In this document: piece by piece, positions 51,050-63,222 of the stretch | How positions within the stretch are numbered: position 1 is the first letter of the stretch | Layout of the letters: every line of letters begins with the position of its first letter | Source of the DNA: Dicyema japonicum | Taxonomy: Eukaryota > Animalia > Dicyemida | Direction: 5' to 3' | DNA length: 64,000 nt | Assembly: GCA_011109175.1 (NCBI GenBank) | Contig: RDEW01000010.1 | Span: 893,658 to 957,657, forward strand | Position numbers and translations under genes: made by a program | Notes under the pieces: generated by a model | Seen by the model: the letters and a program-made list of their open reading frames with translations, nothing else | Told to the model about the DNA's origin: nothing | Databases searched by the model: none

Positions 51050-51362
51050 GCCGCGTGGCGCCATGTGGTGCTGCGTGGTTAATTGGTTTAATTTTTCTGC
51101 TTGCTTGTCTGTTCCTCCTCTCTCTTCCTAATAGAGTGGCGTCATGTGATCCACCTGTCTAGGTGACGCCTAGTGCTAGGCCGGCACGAAAAAGGATCAT
51201 TTGCTTTTCCTCACTCCACTGGAGGGGTTTCCACAACTGTATGTAATGGACGTCTTTCCCTTTATGCTGATTCCGGATAGACTCTGTTTCTGTAGAATTG
51301 AAAATTGGATTCACTTAATTAGATGTTTACTTTAACTTCTTTCTCGGTGTATCCGGGGTTAA
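51050..51362 (+). mobile_element. Short non-autonomous element S1, copy 2 (complete ribozyme-like core at 51138-51199)
   Basis: P1 GGCGTC/GACGCC, P2 TGATCC/GGATCA, P3 ACC/GGT, P4 TGCT/GGCA, C-GAA J4/2; tail matches the family A 3' end at 60370-60430 (-). Confidence 0.72.
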
Positions 51363-53850
51363 TAAATGTCGTATGTCATAAGAACCCGGAGCGTTGATAC
51401 TGTCCGGGTTAAAAGGACAAATTTATCACTTGAAAACATTAACAACCACTAAGTTTTGTCTCAAGAGAAACAAAATAAAGAGAAGTTAAATCCCCAAGGA
51501 AAATAGAAAAGTAAAATCCCGGAGTAAAGTAGAGATGTTAAATCCCCAAGGAAAAAAACGAGATATAGCAAATTCGGATATAGATAGATAACATAATTTA
51601 TTAGCAAAATCCCAACTAACTAAACAAGGTAAGAGCCATTAACTAAAGAGGAAAGCCAAGATTTGGGGTCGTCTTTATCGGGGCACTCTCATGAGACACC
51701 GTATGTCTCTTCTCCGTAAAAAGCCCCAATTACAATGCGAGTTTCCACAAGCAATGTAATAAATCACCGATTCTTCTCGTTTTTCTTTCGTATTAGTCAT
51801 CAATTTCAGATGCTAAATCCAATCCATGTGCGAGTTTAATTGCATACCTTCTTGTCTTTTCTAATTTAGTTAGTAGAACTGATTCCTCCTCTGTTTTAAA
51901 CCAACCTTGATATCCATATATTAGGAAAAGTTCAATACACGTTTTGTAGACAAACATAAAAGTATCTGGAGACAAATGAAAGCGGAGTAGGGACTTGAGC
52001 ATTCCCGTAGCTTTCTCTCTTCGTATTTTGATGTGCTCTTTAAACGATCCTTTTTTGTTAATGCATACTCCAAGGTATATCAGGTTTTCCGAGAATTTAA
52101 CATTCCCTGTATCAACATATTGATTCTTCCTATTTCTCGCTATCCAGGTTACAGAACTTTTTTCTCTTGATAATGTCAATCCATTATTCCGACACCAATC
52201 TTCGATTTTCAACATATGAGCTAATGTTCTTTTCCATGATATTGATTTATTTATACTAGTGTCCAAAATTAGAATGTCGTCTGCGTAAATTATCATTTTG
52301 GTATTGATGTGTCCCGGTTTTGGCACCTCGCTCATTATACAGTTGAAGAGGAGGGGACTCAAAATTGAACCTTGTGGAACACCTCTACTTAGTTTTATCT
52401 TTTTAGAGAGCATATTTCCCACACGAATATAAGACTCTCTTTTCATAAGGAAGTCTCTAATCCACATAAGCGCCGACTTTCCAATTTTCGCCTTTGACAA
52501 TGTTTCGAGAAGTCCTTCATGCCAGACACTGTCAAAAGCCTTGGATATGTCCAAACACGTTGCAGTAAAGTATTCTTTCTTAATTATAGATTCTTGAATT
52601 GTCTTCCTAAGTTCCCGGATGCAGTTTTCAGTTTCTCTATTTTTACGGAACCCCCACTGATTGTTTGCAAGAAAATTGTTTTCCTCAACCACTTTTGATA
52701 ATCTATTAAAGACAATTTTCTCCATAATTTTTGAAGTTGAACAAATAAGACTAATTGGTCTATAATTTTCTGGATTAGATCTTGATTTTCCTTTCTTTCC
52801 AATCATCCAAACAATCGACTTTTTCCAGGTCGATGGAACGTGAGCAAGTTTCCATGGTTAATGCATCAATTAACATAGCATTGGTTAATGCATCAATTAA
52901 AGCATGGTTAATGCATGGTTAATGCATCAATAAAGCATGGTTAATGCATCAATTAACATAGCATTTGCATTCTTGAATATTTTCATTGGGATAAAATCCC
53001 ATCCAGGGGTTTTGTTCTTGAAGCTACAAATCGCAATTTTTACTTCTTCAGGGGAAATAGGAGTACATATAGGACCCTTCATTGGCACCATCCTATCATA
53101 GTGACGATTATTGCTTCGAAATTCATATGGAATAATGGAAGCAGGATCTACTTCTTGAATTTTTGCTAACTGTTGCCGTAGAATTTCTGGGATTTCCCCC
53201 TTTGAAATAAAAAAAACATTGGATGATTTTAGGTGTATTTCATCACATTTGTCATCAGAGGATTTCAATCTCGCGAATACTTTCCAAAAGTCTGCATTCT
53301 ATTGATTGATCTTTGAGCATTCTCTTCTCCATTTATTTTCCTGTTTTCGTTTGGATATTTCCATTAATTCATTTTTCACTAAGCTGATTTGAACCTTTAG
53401 CTTTTCCGAGTCGGGAATGTTCCAACATCTTTTCAGTTTACTTTCAAGTGATTTTTTCTCTCGATGGAGGGAATCTTCTTTTAAGCTCATTGATGAGAGC
53501 ATCCATGCGGCATACGGAATTTTTTACTTCCATATTCGTCCAAATAACATAATATCAAAGTCCTAATTTTGTCATCCAAGTAATCAATATCTGAGGAGTC
53601 CAAGATCAATAGATCACATACATTTCCCAGTTTCACCCGTATAAAATAATCGAAATCAACCCAGTTGACATTATTAAGGTTGTAGCCAACAAAAGTTCTT
53701 TCTGCAGATATAGGCCCCGTCCTTATTTCCAAAGTTTTTGGAAGATGGTCGCTTCCAATATCTTGTTCCACATATGGGTGCTCACAAATTTTGCTTAGAT
53801 TCTGAGGCATCACAAAAACTCCGAGCTTGTCCCCACTCCTTGGTGCAAAG
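51363..53850 (-). mobile_element. Family C LINE (APE end + RT + 3' UTR), 5'-truncated
   Basis: DIGSDH, PGWDFIP, YRPISL, KAFDSVWH, PQGSILSP, YADD. Confidence 0.88.
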
Positions 53851-54530
53851 AGAAAAATATCGATTATTCAAAGGTTTTTGATGAAGATATAACAGAGTCT
53901 GAGTTTAGGAAGCTTTTATACATTCAAATACGCCGACAAGTACCCAGTGAGCAATTGGCCTAGGACTCTGTTGAAGATGCTGTATCGGTTTCTATATTTC
54001 ACCGTCTCTGGACCCTAATTTTTCTCATTTTTTCATTGAAAAAAATGAGCCATCAAAATGGAAAGCGAATATAAATGGAAAAATTGAAAAGTAGAAATCA
54101 TTTCTTTTGCTAACTAAAAAGTTTTTTATGCTAGCTAAAAGTTTCTTTCCAAAAAGTTGGAGTTGATACACCAAGCAAAGTTCAAGATTGTCTTGATTGA
54201 TTTTCATCATCTGAAAAATGTTCAGTTCTTTGGGCTGGTAATTCGATCACTTTAATATCAGACACAGAAACAGTATTGAATCCCGAAGTTACAAATAATA
54301 GTGTAAAAATAAAATTCCTAAATCTAACCTAAAAGGTGACTTTTCAGTAGTACGACTAATAGAAATGTTATATTTATAAACAGTAGTTTTCAATCCAATC
54401 ATTAGTAACGTTTAATTTTAGCGTTCCACCTACTATTGTGATTGTGGGTGTCTTGGTTTACCATGAATCGCAGTTATCCCCCAATCACATAATAACGCTG
54501 AAATTTAAGTGTTACAAAAGTCATTTTCAA

Positions 54531-54901
54531 CCTTTTTCACGTTTAATCGCTTTATTGATTCAAACTAAAATTTTTTGTTTTTAAGAGAACAAGGGACCGA
54601 TCCTTCGACTTCTTCTATTTTCGACCCTTTTCACGCTTAATCGTTTTATTGACTCAAACTAAATTTTTTTTGTTTTTGAGGAAACAAGGGACCGATCCTT
54701 TGACCTCTTCTATTTTCGACCCTTTTCTCGCTTAATCGCTTTATTGACTCAAACTATAATTTTTTGTTTTTTGAGAGAACAAGGGACAGATCTTTTGAAG
54801 AAAAACTTAGTGGTTGTTAATGTTTTCAAGTGATAAATTTGTCTTATCAACCCGGACAGTATCAACAGCCCGGACGCTATCACATACGACAATAAATAAA
54901 T
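54531..54901 (+). repeat. About 3 copies of a ~94-bp tandem repeat followed by a family-C-type 3' terminus
   Basis: Units start near 54531, 54625 and 54720; 54800-54900 is the reverse complement of 51366-51455. Confidence 0.75.
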
Positions 54902-55976
54902 AATCAAATTACTGATATTCTATATGCTGCACAGTGTGCTTATATGGCTTTAACTGCGAAGGTTAAACCGCAAAGTACGTGGTTGGAGAACACTAAAAAA
55001 AAATCTCAAAGCTGATGGCAGAACTAGAACTTGTCAATCGCTTTTCCAGGCAAGCTCTCCCTGTGTATGAAAAACAAAAGGTTATGGATGTTCTTTGTGC
55101 CTATGGATACAAAAGGGCCAAAAAAGGGGAGGTTGCCAGGATTGAGGCTCTACTATGTGACCTTGTAAGAATTAAGAAGAAGCAAATAGCTGTACATTAT
55201 TCGAGGAAGGACTTTCGCAAGGACAACTGTTGTTTTGAATTAAATCGAAGAAGATTTTATCGGAACCTATCAGCAAGCAATGAAGTAACGTTATATGGTT
55301 TCGATGATGAGGATTGTATGTCGTTCTGGGAAAAAGTGTGGTCTAAAAGAAAAGAGATGCACGTGCCATATGACAGTGTGGGTAAAGTAAATACTGGTAT
55401 TGAAGNNNNNNNNNNNNNNNNNNNNNNNNNNNNNNNNNNNNNNNNNNNNNNNNNNNNNNNNNNNNNNNNNNNNNNNNNNNNNNNNNNNNNNNNNNNNNNN
55501 NNNNNNNNNNNNNNNNNNNNNNNNNNNNNNNNNNNNNNNNNNNNNNNNNNNNNNNNNNNNNNNNNNNNNNNNNNNNNNNNNNNNNNNNNNNNNNNNNNNN
55601 NNNNNNNNNNNNNNNNNNNNNNNNNNNNNNNNNNNNNNNNNNNNNNNNNNNNNNNNNNNNNNNNNNNNNNNNNNNNNNNNNNNNNNNNNNNNNNNNNNNN
55701 NNNNNNNNNNNNNNNNNNNNNNNNNNNNNNNNNNNNNNNNNNNNNNNNNNNNNNNNNNNNNNNNNNNNNNNNNNNNNNNNNNNNNNNNNNNNNNNNNNNN
55801 NNNNNNNNNNNNNNNNNNNNNNNNNNNNNNNNNNNNNNNNNNNNNNNNNNNNNNNNNNNNNNNNNNNNNNNNNNNNNNNNNNNNNNNNNNNNNNNNNNNN
55901 NNNNNNNNNNNNNNNNNNNNNNNNNNNNNNNNNNNNNNNNNNNNNNNNNNNNNNNNNNNNNNNNNNNNNNNNNNNN

Positions 55977-58160
55977 TTCAGAGTATTCCTCTCGCGAATA
56001 AGACTCCGAATAGAAGGAGGGCAGGACCGATTCGTTTTCGGAAAGATTTTTGAGTAAACCTTCTTTGCATATAATCGCAGATACATCATAATAGTATTGG
56101 ATAAATCTTGGTTGAAAACATCCAACTCATTTTGTGTAGAAAAGGAATAATTAATCTTCATTAACATACTCTTCGATAAATAATGACGATAATGTTCCCA
56201 GTCTACCGACGAGGTATCATAATACAGAAAAATGTCTTCAATAATATCCGGTTCCAGATTTATAGTCATCTCCATAGGGATATGGTCACTCCCTATATCC
56301 CAGAGTAACCTTGGCCTGTCTACATGGTCTAGTAGTTGTGGAGACACTAAGGCCAATCCCAGCATATCACCCCCATAGTGTGAGAAATGGTTAGGTTCTT
56401 CGGACGTCAAGACTTCGACTCCAATTTCCCCGACCAAATCTGCCAGTAGTTGACCGTCCCTGTTGTTTCCATAACATCCATAAGTCCTGTTCTTGGCGTT
56501 CAGATCTCCTACCAGAATCGACATTGGGTTTCTTTCGAAGAACTCAACAATCTTCACAGAAGACCGGGCCAAGTCCTTAGAATATAGCCTTCTCACGGTT
56601 ATCCATATTCCACCACATCTCACGTCGACAGACACGAATTCCGAATCGTCGGCCAATACAATGCAGTCGTTCCGAGTTTGCAATAGTTTATGAACGAAGA
56701 TTGAGGTTCCGGTTCCAGCAACTGCTCCATCTTTCAATGGAATGTCCACTGAGTTATATCCTTCCAGAATATAATTCCTTCCTTCTCGAATCTTCGTTTC
56801 GTTGACTACCAAAACATCTGCCTTGGCAGTCCTCATAAGTAGTGCTAGTTCATCATGCCTTTTCACCAAGGAGCGGGCATTCACCAGCACTAACTTTAGG
56901 TTTCTTTTCAGATTTCTTTTTGGTGGCCTGGGCTCTCCATGGCCAGGTCCACCATTTCCCGTAAATCCACTCCTAGTGCATCACTTAATTCTTTCAGTCT
57001 TGTTATAATTTCATTTAGTTCTTTGATTCTTCCTGGTATCTCTTCTTTGGTTTGCCAAACCGATTTCTTCGGTAGATTAGCTGAAGAGAGCTTGTTAACC
57101 TTTGGACCAATAATTCTTTTTCGTGTTAGTGTCTCAACTTTGTCGTTTATGACGTTCATAGATTTCAGATCTGTATTTTTGACTTGGGAAATAAGCTTTC
57201 GCTTGGCCTCCACAAGCACAGGGCATCCTTCATACCTTGCATCGTGTTTTGTTGATCCGCAATTTATGCATTTCCGTTCAGAATCCATGTCCGTATTACA
57301 TTTGGAGATGTCATGCTCTCCCGCGCAACGTAAACATCTTTTCTTTCTCCTTCATACCTTGCATCGTGTTTTGTTGATCCGCAATTTATGCATTTCCGTT
57401 CAGAATCCATGTCCGTATTACATTTGGAGATGTCATGCTCTCCCGCGCAACGTAAACATCTTTTCTTTCCAGTGCACTGGTATTAAAAGTGACCGACCTG
57501 CTGACAGTTATAGCAGATCGGCGGTCCTCTTCTTTTCCATTCACAGGATATTTTATTCATTCCAATGTAGAAACCACAACGTATTAACGATGTGGCTTCC
57601 GGTCTATTCTTAATCGTGGCCTTCGCCATTGGCATGAGCCGCGATCCTTTGAACATTCGGGTTACTTTCGAAGTTGAGGGAGCCATCTCCTGGAGGTAGT
57701 CCAAGAGGTCGTCCTTCCTCACCCAGAACGGAAGGTTCCTCAGGACAATCTCTGATGGTTTGGTTGAGATTGCCTTAATGTGGTGGTTGTCCAGACCAAA
57801 GGGACAGGTCTCATTTATGGCCTCCATGTAGGTGGCCATGTGTGAGTTGTCTCGGAAGTCCAGACGGAAAGAGCACGGTCCTCTGTGGCTCATTCTCATA
57901 GATCCGTATTGGTCATAGTATTGTAAAACATTTGCGATTTTAATTGCATTCATAGTAGAATTCACTGTAATTAATATAGTCTTGTTTTCCGTGATGATCG
58001 GATTTCATTAGTTCATCCGTATATTTAGATATATCTTTAGAATCGTATTTTGTAATAACATTCGGTGGTTTAAAAAATTCAGCCTTATGCGGAGTCTTGT
58101 TCTCTGGGGAGAATGAATCAGCAGTAGCACTTCCCGGAGGACGAGAAGAGCTCTTCACTT
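55977..58160 (-). mobile_element. Family B LINE (ORF1 + APE), close relative of 41100-42770
   Basis: ORF1 knuckles with a 122-bp tandem duplication (57226-57469); open APE VNARS, NETK, GDLNAK, DIGSDH; runs into the N gap. Confidence 0.88.
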
Positions 58161-58511
58161 TAACCTCTGTTTTTGGGGCATTTTTTTAAATAGGTGCCCC
58201 AAATAGAGGTCATACTGTATAACAGTAATTTAAAATGAATTGAAAAAAAACTAACAAAATTAAAAAAAATAATTATAATAATTATGTCCTATTTAGGGAC
58301 AATTTTATTTTTGAAATAGGACAAAAAATAGGACAATTTCCGCCCTACTGATTATTGATTAAAAAGGTCAAACTTTGTTATTTGTTTAAGCCAGTAACGT
58401 CTGCTTGTTACAACCAAATCATTCTCCAATAATCCATAACAGGCTTCCGCATCTGAAGAGAAGTGAAGAAGTTGGTCCCATCTCTTTCGTTGGTTCTATT
58501 CCACTCGAATA

Positions 58512-58735
58512 CATGAAAATTCCTATGGCGTACAACCTTCCAAACAGACTTTCTAAAACAAAACCACGAGTCCCATTTTGAAGCGCTTATACTTGAAGAC
58601 ATGAAAATTCCTAACGGCGTACAACCTTCCAAACAGACTTCTCTAGAACAGAACCACGAGTCCCATTTTGAAGCGCTTATACTTGAAGACATGAAAATTC
58701 CTAACGGTGTACAATTTTCCAAACAGACTTCTCCT
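58512..58735 (+). repeat. 90-bp tandem repeat, about 2.5 copies
   Basis: TCCCATTTTGAAGCGC at 58571 and 58661; each unit is open as SHFEALILEDMKIPNGVQPSKQTSLEQNHE. Confidence 0.8.
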
Positions 58736-59029
58736 AAAATCTTCTTCAGAAAAATCTAATAATCTCAATAATATGAACTGATTTCATCTTCGGTAAGAAT
58801 AACACAAGATGATCATCTTTGCCTTTTGATATTCATGTCGATCAATATTAGATTTTTGCTAATCGTAAAAGATCTTGTCAATTTTTATAACAGATGATAA
58901 TGTGATCCCATATGAGATAGTATAACATCCATGTGCAATCATTCAATATTGGTTGATAACCCCCTATCCAACATAAAATTAGTCAGAGATCAATTTTTAG
59001 TGCCTTAAAGCTCCAAATGCTGAAGGCGT

Positions 59030-59450
59030 TGACATCCATTGATATACAAAAGGCTTTTACTCAGTCTTGAGGACTCACCTTACAAAAAAGATTTTCGACT
59101 TCGACATTCACGCGAACCTTAAACTCTGGCTGGAAAACCTCCTGACCAGACGGCGCAGATGAGAATGCATGGCGAAGAGTATGTCGAGATCACGACTGCT
59201 TCCAAATGAAGTTCCACAAGGCTCTGTTCTTTTTTTGAGATTATTCAATTTTTTCCTTCACAATTTTCCATAGATTACTCCTGTCCTATGCAGATGATGT
59301 CATCATTTGCGGTTGTCCAAGCATACCTGATGTTCCCGAGGTTCGTCTGGAATGCCTATAACTGTTTTAAATAACCCAAAATTCTTTGGCGTGACTTATG
59401 ACTCATTGATGACCTTCACAAGGCATGTCTGACGAAAGGACTCTAAAAGT
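59030..59450 (+). mobile_element. Family A RT remnant
   Basis: DIQKAF, LKLWL, VPQGS, YADD, GVTYDS. Confidence 0.6.
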
Positions 59451-60349
59451 TATTTCCACAAGACAATTTTTGTGAAGAGCCCATAACCAGTAGAAGATTG
59501 CATACGCAAATTATACAGTCAAACCATTGTTCTCGCAATGGAATGTGCTTGTGATTCATGGAAGTATGCATTTTAGCATCGCCTTTGGACAAAATCAACT
59601 CCTTTTGCGCAATCGAACAGATCCCATTCTCGAATCTACTGTCGAATCCATCACTATGAAGGAATGGCCGCAGAATCCTCATGTTCTGCCAAGAATAAGA
59701 GAATCCATAATGCTCATTCGTGGCGCAGTCGGAAAATGGACAACTGTTCCTCTGACATCCGTCCCTCATCGACTTCTTTTGTAGGCAAAAACGCAGACAC
59801 TTGGGGTCCTTGATGGCCTGTTTAGCAAAACAGATATATAAAAATAAACTAAGCATTCATAATCACCCTATATGATAACTAATTACGATCACTCAACATT
59901 GAACTACAAAACATCTCATTTAGATCGGTTAATATCTTAATTTGATCGATAAATCGTGTAATTTACCACATTGTTCACGCAACAGAGCCTACAGAGNAAA
60001 AGTTATGTCCACAAGACAATTGTTGTGAAGAGCCCATAGAAGATTGCATACGCAAATTATACCATTGTTCTCGCAATGGAATGTGCTTGTGATTCATGGA
60101 AGTATGCACTTTAGCATCGCCTTTGGACAAAATCAATTTCTTTTAAGCAATCGAACTGATCCCACTCTCGACTCCACTGTCGAATCGGTCATTATGACAG
60201 AAAGACCGCGGATTCCTCATGTTCTGCCAAAAATAAGGGAATCCATAATGCTCATTCGTGGCGTAATCGGAAAATGGACAACTGTTCCTCTGACATCCGT
60301 CCCCCATCGACTTCCTTTATAGGCAAAAACGTAGACACTTGGGGTCCTT

Positions 60350-60610
60350 ATTTATTTATTATTTTTTTTATTTTAATAACCCCGGGAACACCGAGAAAGA
60401 AAGACAAAAGAGTAAAACAGTTAGGTGATCCAGTCCTCGCAATCACTTGTGCCATTCGACGTCTGTGATCTTCCATCGTCCCCACTACTTTCCGGAAGAG
60501 CCTTCTCTTGGTCTTGCAGAGGAATCCGATCGGGGAGGGGAATTTCTTATCCAATCGGTTTTCTCTTGCCATGGGAAGGATCAGGCGAAGCGGATTTCCA
60601 CCTTCCTTTC
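60350..60610 (-). mobile_element. 261-bp 5'-truncated family A LINE insertion
   Basis: 14-bp TSD CACTTGGGGTCCTT (60336-60349, 60611-60624); encodes RKVVGTMEDHRRRMAQVIARTG; A/TAA tail; empty site at 59798-59811. Confidence 0.85.
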
Positions 60611-61118
60611 CACTTGGGGTCCTTGATGGCCTGTTTAGCAAAACAGATATATAAAAATTAACTAAGATTTCATAAACACCCTATATGATGATTAATTACG
60701 ATCACTCAACATTGAACTACAAAACATCTCATTTAGATCGGTTATTATCTTAATTTGATCGATGAATCGTGTAATTTACCACTCACGCAACAGAGCCTAC
60801 AGAGAAATAGTAATAAAACCAAGTTACTAAGGTAAAATGAATCTATGAAGATCTTTTATCGGATAGCAACCAAAAGATATATGTCAGGGGCATTGTGGCA
60901 ATTCCATTTAGTTAAAAAGCAATTAAGAGAGGATCATGGCCATTAAGTGATTTCACTCAGTCTCTGAATGCTCACAAGCTGGAAGATGACTTTGATTCTA
61001 TAAGCAGAATCATTAATATGAAATTGGAAATAACGAGCATATATTAAATAAAAATTTTAAACACAAGACACACATCGATGTAAAAATATTAAGTTTAATA
61101 AATTTAAATTAATTTTAT

Positions 61119-61502
61119 TTATAACAAAGTATCATAAAATCCGTTTTTAATCATGTAATCTCGGTTATCCTTCTCCAATATTGAAGTAAAACGCTTTCCG
61201 TCTATAAAGTAAGTCTTCTCCTTGATTTTGTCAAACGAAACCGAATAACGGGGATCCTTCCGAGATTTGTTCAAAATCATCACTTTTTCCGCATAGGAAT
61301 ATTTATGAAACTCTGTAAAGCGTCATCTTTACTATAACCAGCTGCAGTGACATTGACTCTTTCAGAGTTATACGTCTGCTTTGAATTTATGCTGCTGAAA
61401 CTCACGTGTCCGTATTTGGAGCCTTTGCTATGTCCTTGTTAGTAACTTAAGGAAATAACCTGAGATTTTGTGATTCTGATCTTGACTCTCGTTTGGTTGC
61501 AT
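61119..61502 (-). CDS. Putative orphan ~100-aa protein with mini-introns
   Basis: GT-AG introns 61435-61459 (25 nt), 61379-61405 (27 nt, optional in frame) and 61283-61311 (29 nt) give a continuous ORF; AATAAA overlaps the stop; no family recognised. Confidence 0.4.
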
Positions 61503-61599
61503 CAAAAGCTCTCCGAGCGTTAAATTTAATATAAATCAGTACGTAATTAATTATTCTTGTGAATAACACGCAATTATTCCAATTATTTGGGCTGGTGTT

Positions 61600-62190
61600 C
61601 GACGACAACAGCAGACTGGCAAATGTTTATGAGAAGCCTGTACACATGAATTACTCGTTAAAATCGAAAATCAGTATTATCAGTTTAATTAATGATAGGT
61701 AGTGAAGGAATGATAGTAGAAAGTCTATTTTCTAAGGCAAAAAAATAATTCTGGACGATCTTAACAGTTATTTCACAGAATTCATGTGGAAACAGAAAAA
61801 TAAAAGCACTGATTTCGAAGTACTATTTTGTACTAATAGAAAATTTTGGTCCCTAACAGCCAATTACCGCTGAATTATAATCATCAGTACATCGATCCAT
61901 NTCGACGACAACAGCAGACTGGCAAATGTTTATGAGAGGCCTGTACACATGAATTACTTCGTTAAAATCGAAAATCAGTATTATCAGTTTAACTAACAAT
62001 AGGTAGTGAAGGAATGATAGTAGAAAGTCTATTTTCTAAGTCAAAAAAATAATTCTGGACGATCTTAACAGTAATTTCACAGAATTCATGTGGAAACAGA
62101 AAAATAAAAACACTGATTTCGAAGTACTATTTGTACTAATAGAGAATTTTGGTCCTTAACAACCATTACCGCTAAATTATAATCATCAGT
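61600..62190 (+). mobile_element. Merlin/IS1016-like transposase remnant, duplicated across the N at 61901
   Basis: ADWQMFMR, VESLFSKAK, LNSYFTEFMWK motifs. Confidence 0.5.
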
Positions 62191-62194
62191 ACAT

Positions 62195-62525
62195 CGATCC
62201 ATGCATTTCATATGCGTGTACTGCATAGGGACCACTGCTGGCTTTTATACGAACATCCAGAAAATCTCCGCAATCCAGAAAAATGCCTTCAAACTAACGG
62301 AGAGATGCACAGGGGAAAACATTAAATCACCGACGCTCATGGAGGAACTAATCAAAAAAAACAAAAATGGACATCAATGCCAAAAAGGAAGTGCTCGCCC
62401 GCAACGAATTTGTGTAGGCTCATGGGATCAACATCGAGCAAAGATGAGAGCCTTGATACAAATCGTCGGGATCACTTAGTTTTGTTTATTTGGTTTAACA
62501 GTGTTCTTTGGAATTAATTTAATTA
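62195..62525 (+). mobile_element. Family A LINE 3' end
   Basis: RPQRICVGSWDQHRAKMRALIQIVGIT* matches the family A C-terminus. Confidence 0.75.
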
Positions 62526-63002
62526 TAAAAATTTAAATATTTACTATTAAATTTTTAAATTATTCGTAAGAGAATATAAATTAAATATTTAATATTTAAC
62601 TAAAAAAATTATCATATATGTATTTTATCGCAGGAAAGTGGCCGAACCTGGAAATCAATTTATTCCAAGCTGATATCCCTAAGGATCTCTGGAATAGTTT
62701 GGAAGATCAGTAAAAGAGTTATTGTCAAGATCGAAAATTTTCATGACAATAAAGCTTTGAGATTCTTGGTAGTGGTTAATAATTGAGTTCATCTTATTTT
62801 TATTTTGGAAAGTTTTTAAGATTTCTTTGAAGGATGCAATAAAAGTTGTTTGGTAGATTGGCTGCGGTTAGAAATTCACCTTTTCGTTAAAGCAGAAGAG
62901 GCATGACTCTGATAATTGTAGTTTGGATGGGAGATATCTTGTACATAGATTAGTAGCCATTGACCACCCCTACTTTGGTAGATGCTATTTGCTAATTAAA
63001 AT

Positions 63003-63222
63003 TATTTCCAAAGACCAAGGGTAACCAAACTAACTAACTCCTTGATCCTGGCTAGTTTCAGCATTCCAGAACTTGTAACCAGGTAACGACGTTGTCCCCG
63101 GGGAAGAATCGATAGATCCCCTTGATGCCGGCCTCCTCAATAAGGTGGATCCAGTGACGCCATCAGAAGGAAAGAAAATAATTTTGACAAACTATCCACG
63201 TAGCACCACATGGCGCCACGCG
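63003..63222 (-). mobile_element. Short non-autonomous element S2, copy 2
   Basis: Leader GTGGCGCCATGTGGTGC, core GGCGTCACTGGATCCACC..GG..GGCATCAAGGGGATC (P1 3' strand deleted), family A tail. Confidence 0.7.

Larger units (their letters stand above)
50500..55405 (+). mobile_element. REL-type non-LTR element 5' region, split by a 3.86-kb insertion
   Basis: Frame rejoins across the TSD as QDINQIT|DILYAAQCAY..QSTW; later DNCCFELNRRRFYR..FWEKVW; runs into the N gap. Confidence 0.65.

Noticed and set aside
52855-52965. Short CATGGTTAATG repeats
   Set aside because: Local slippage inside a dead family C RT; no sign of function
53225-53265. Hammerhead-like CTGATGA...GAAA on the minus strand (also 61880 and 62180)
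   Set aside because: Flanking stems do not form; the first lies in LINE coding sequence
54531-58735. CRISPR-like arrays or repeat-spacer systems
   Set aside because: The repeats are contiguous tandem units with no unique spacers, there are no cas genes, and the context is eukaryotic
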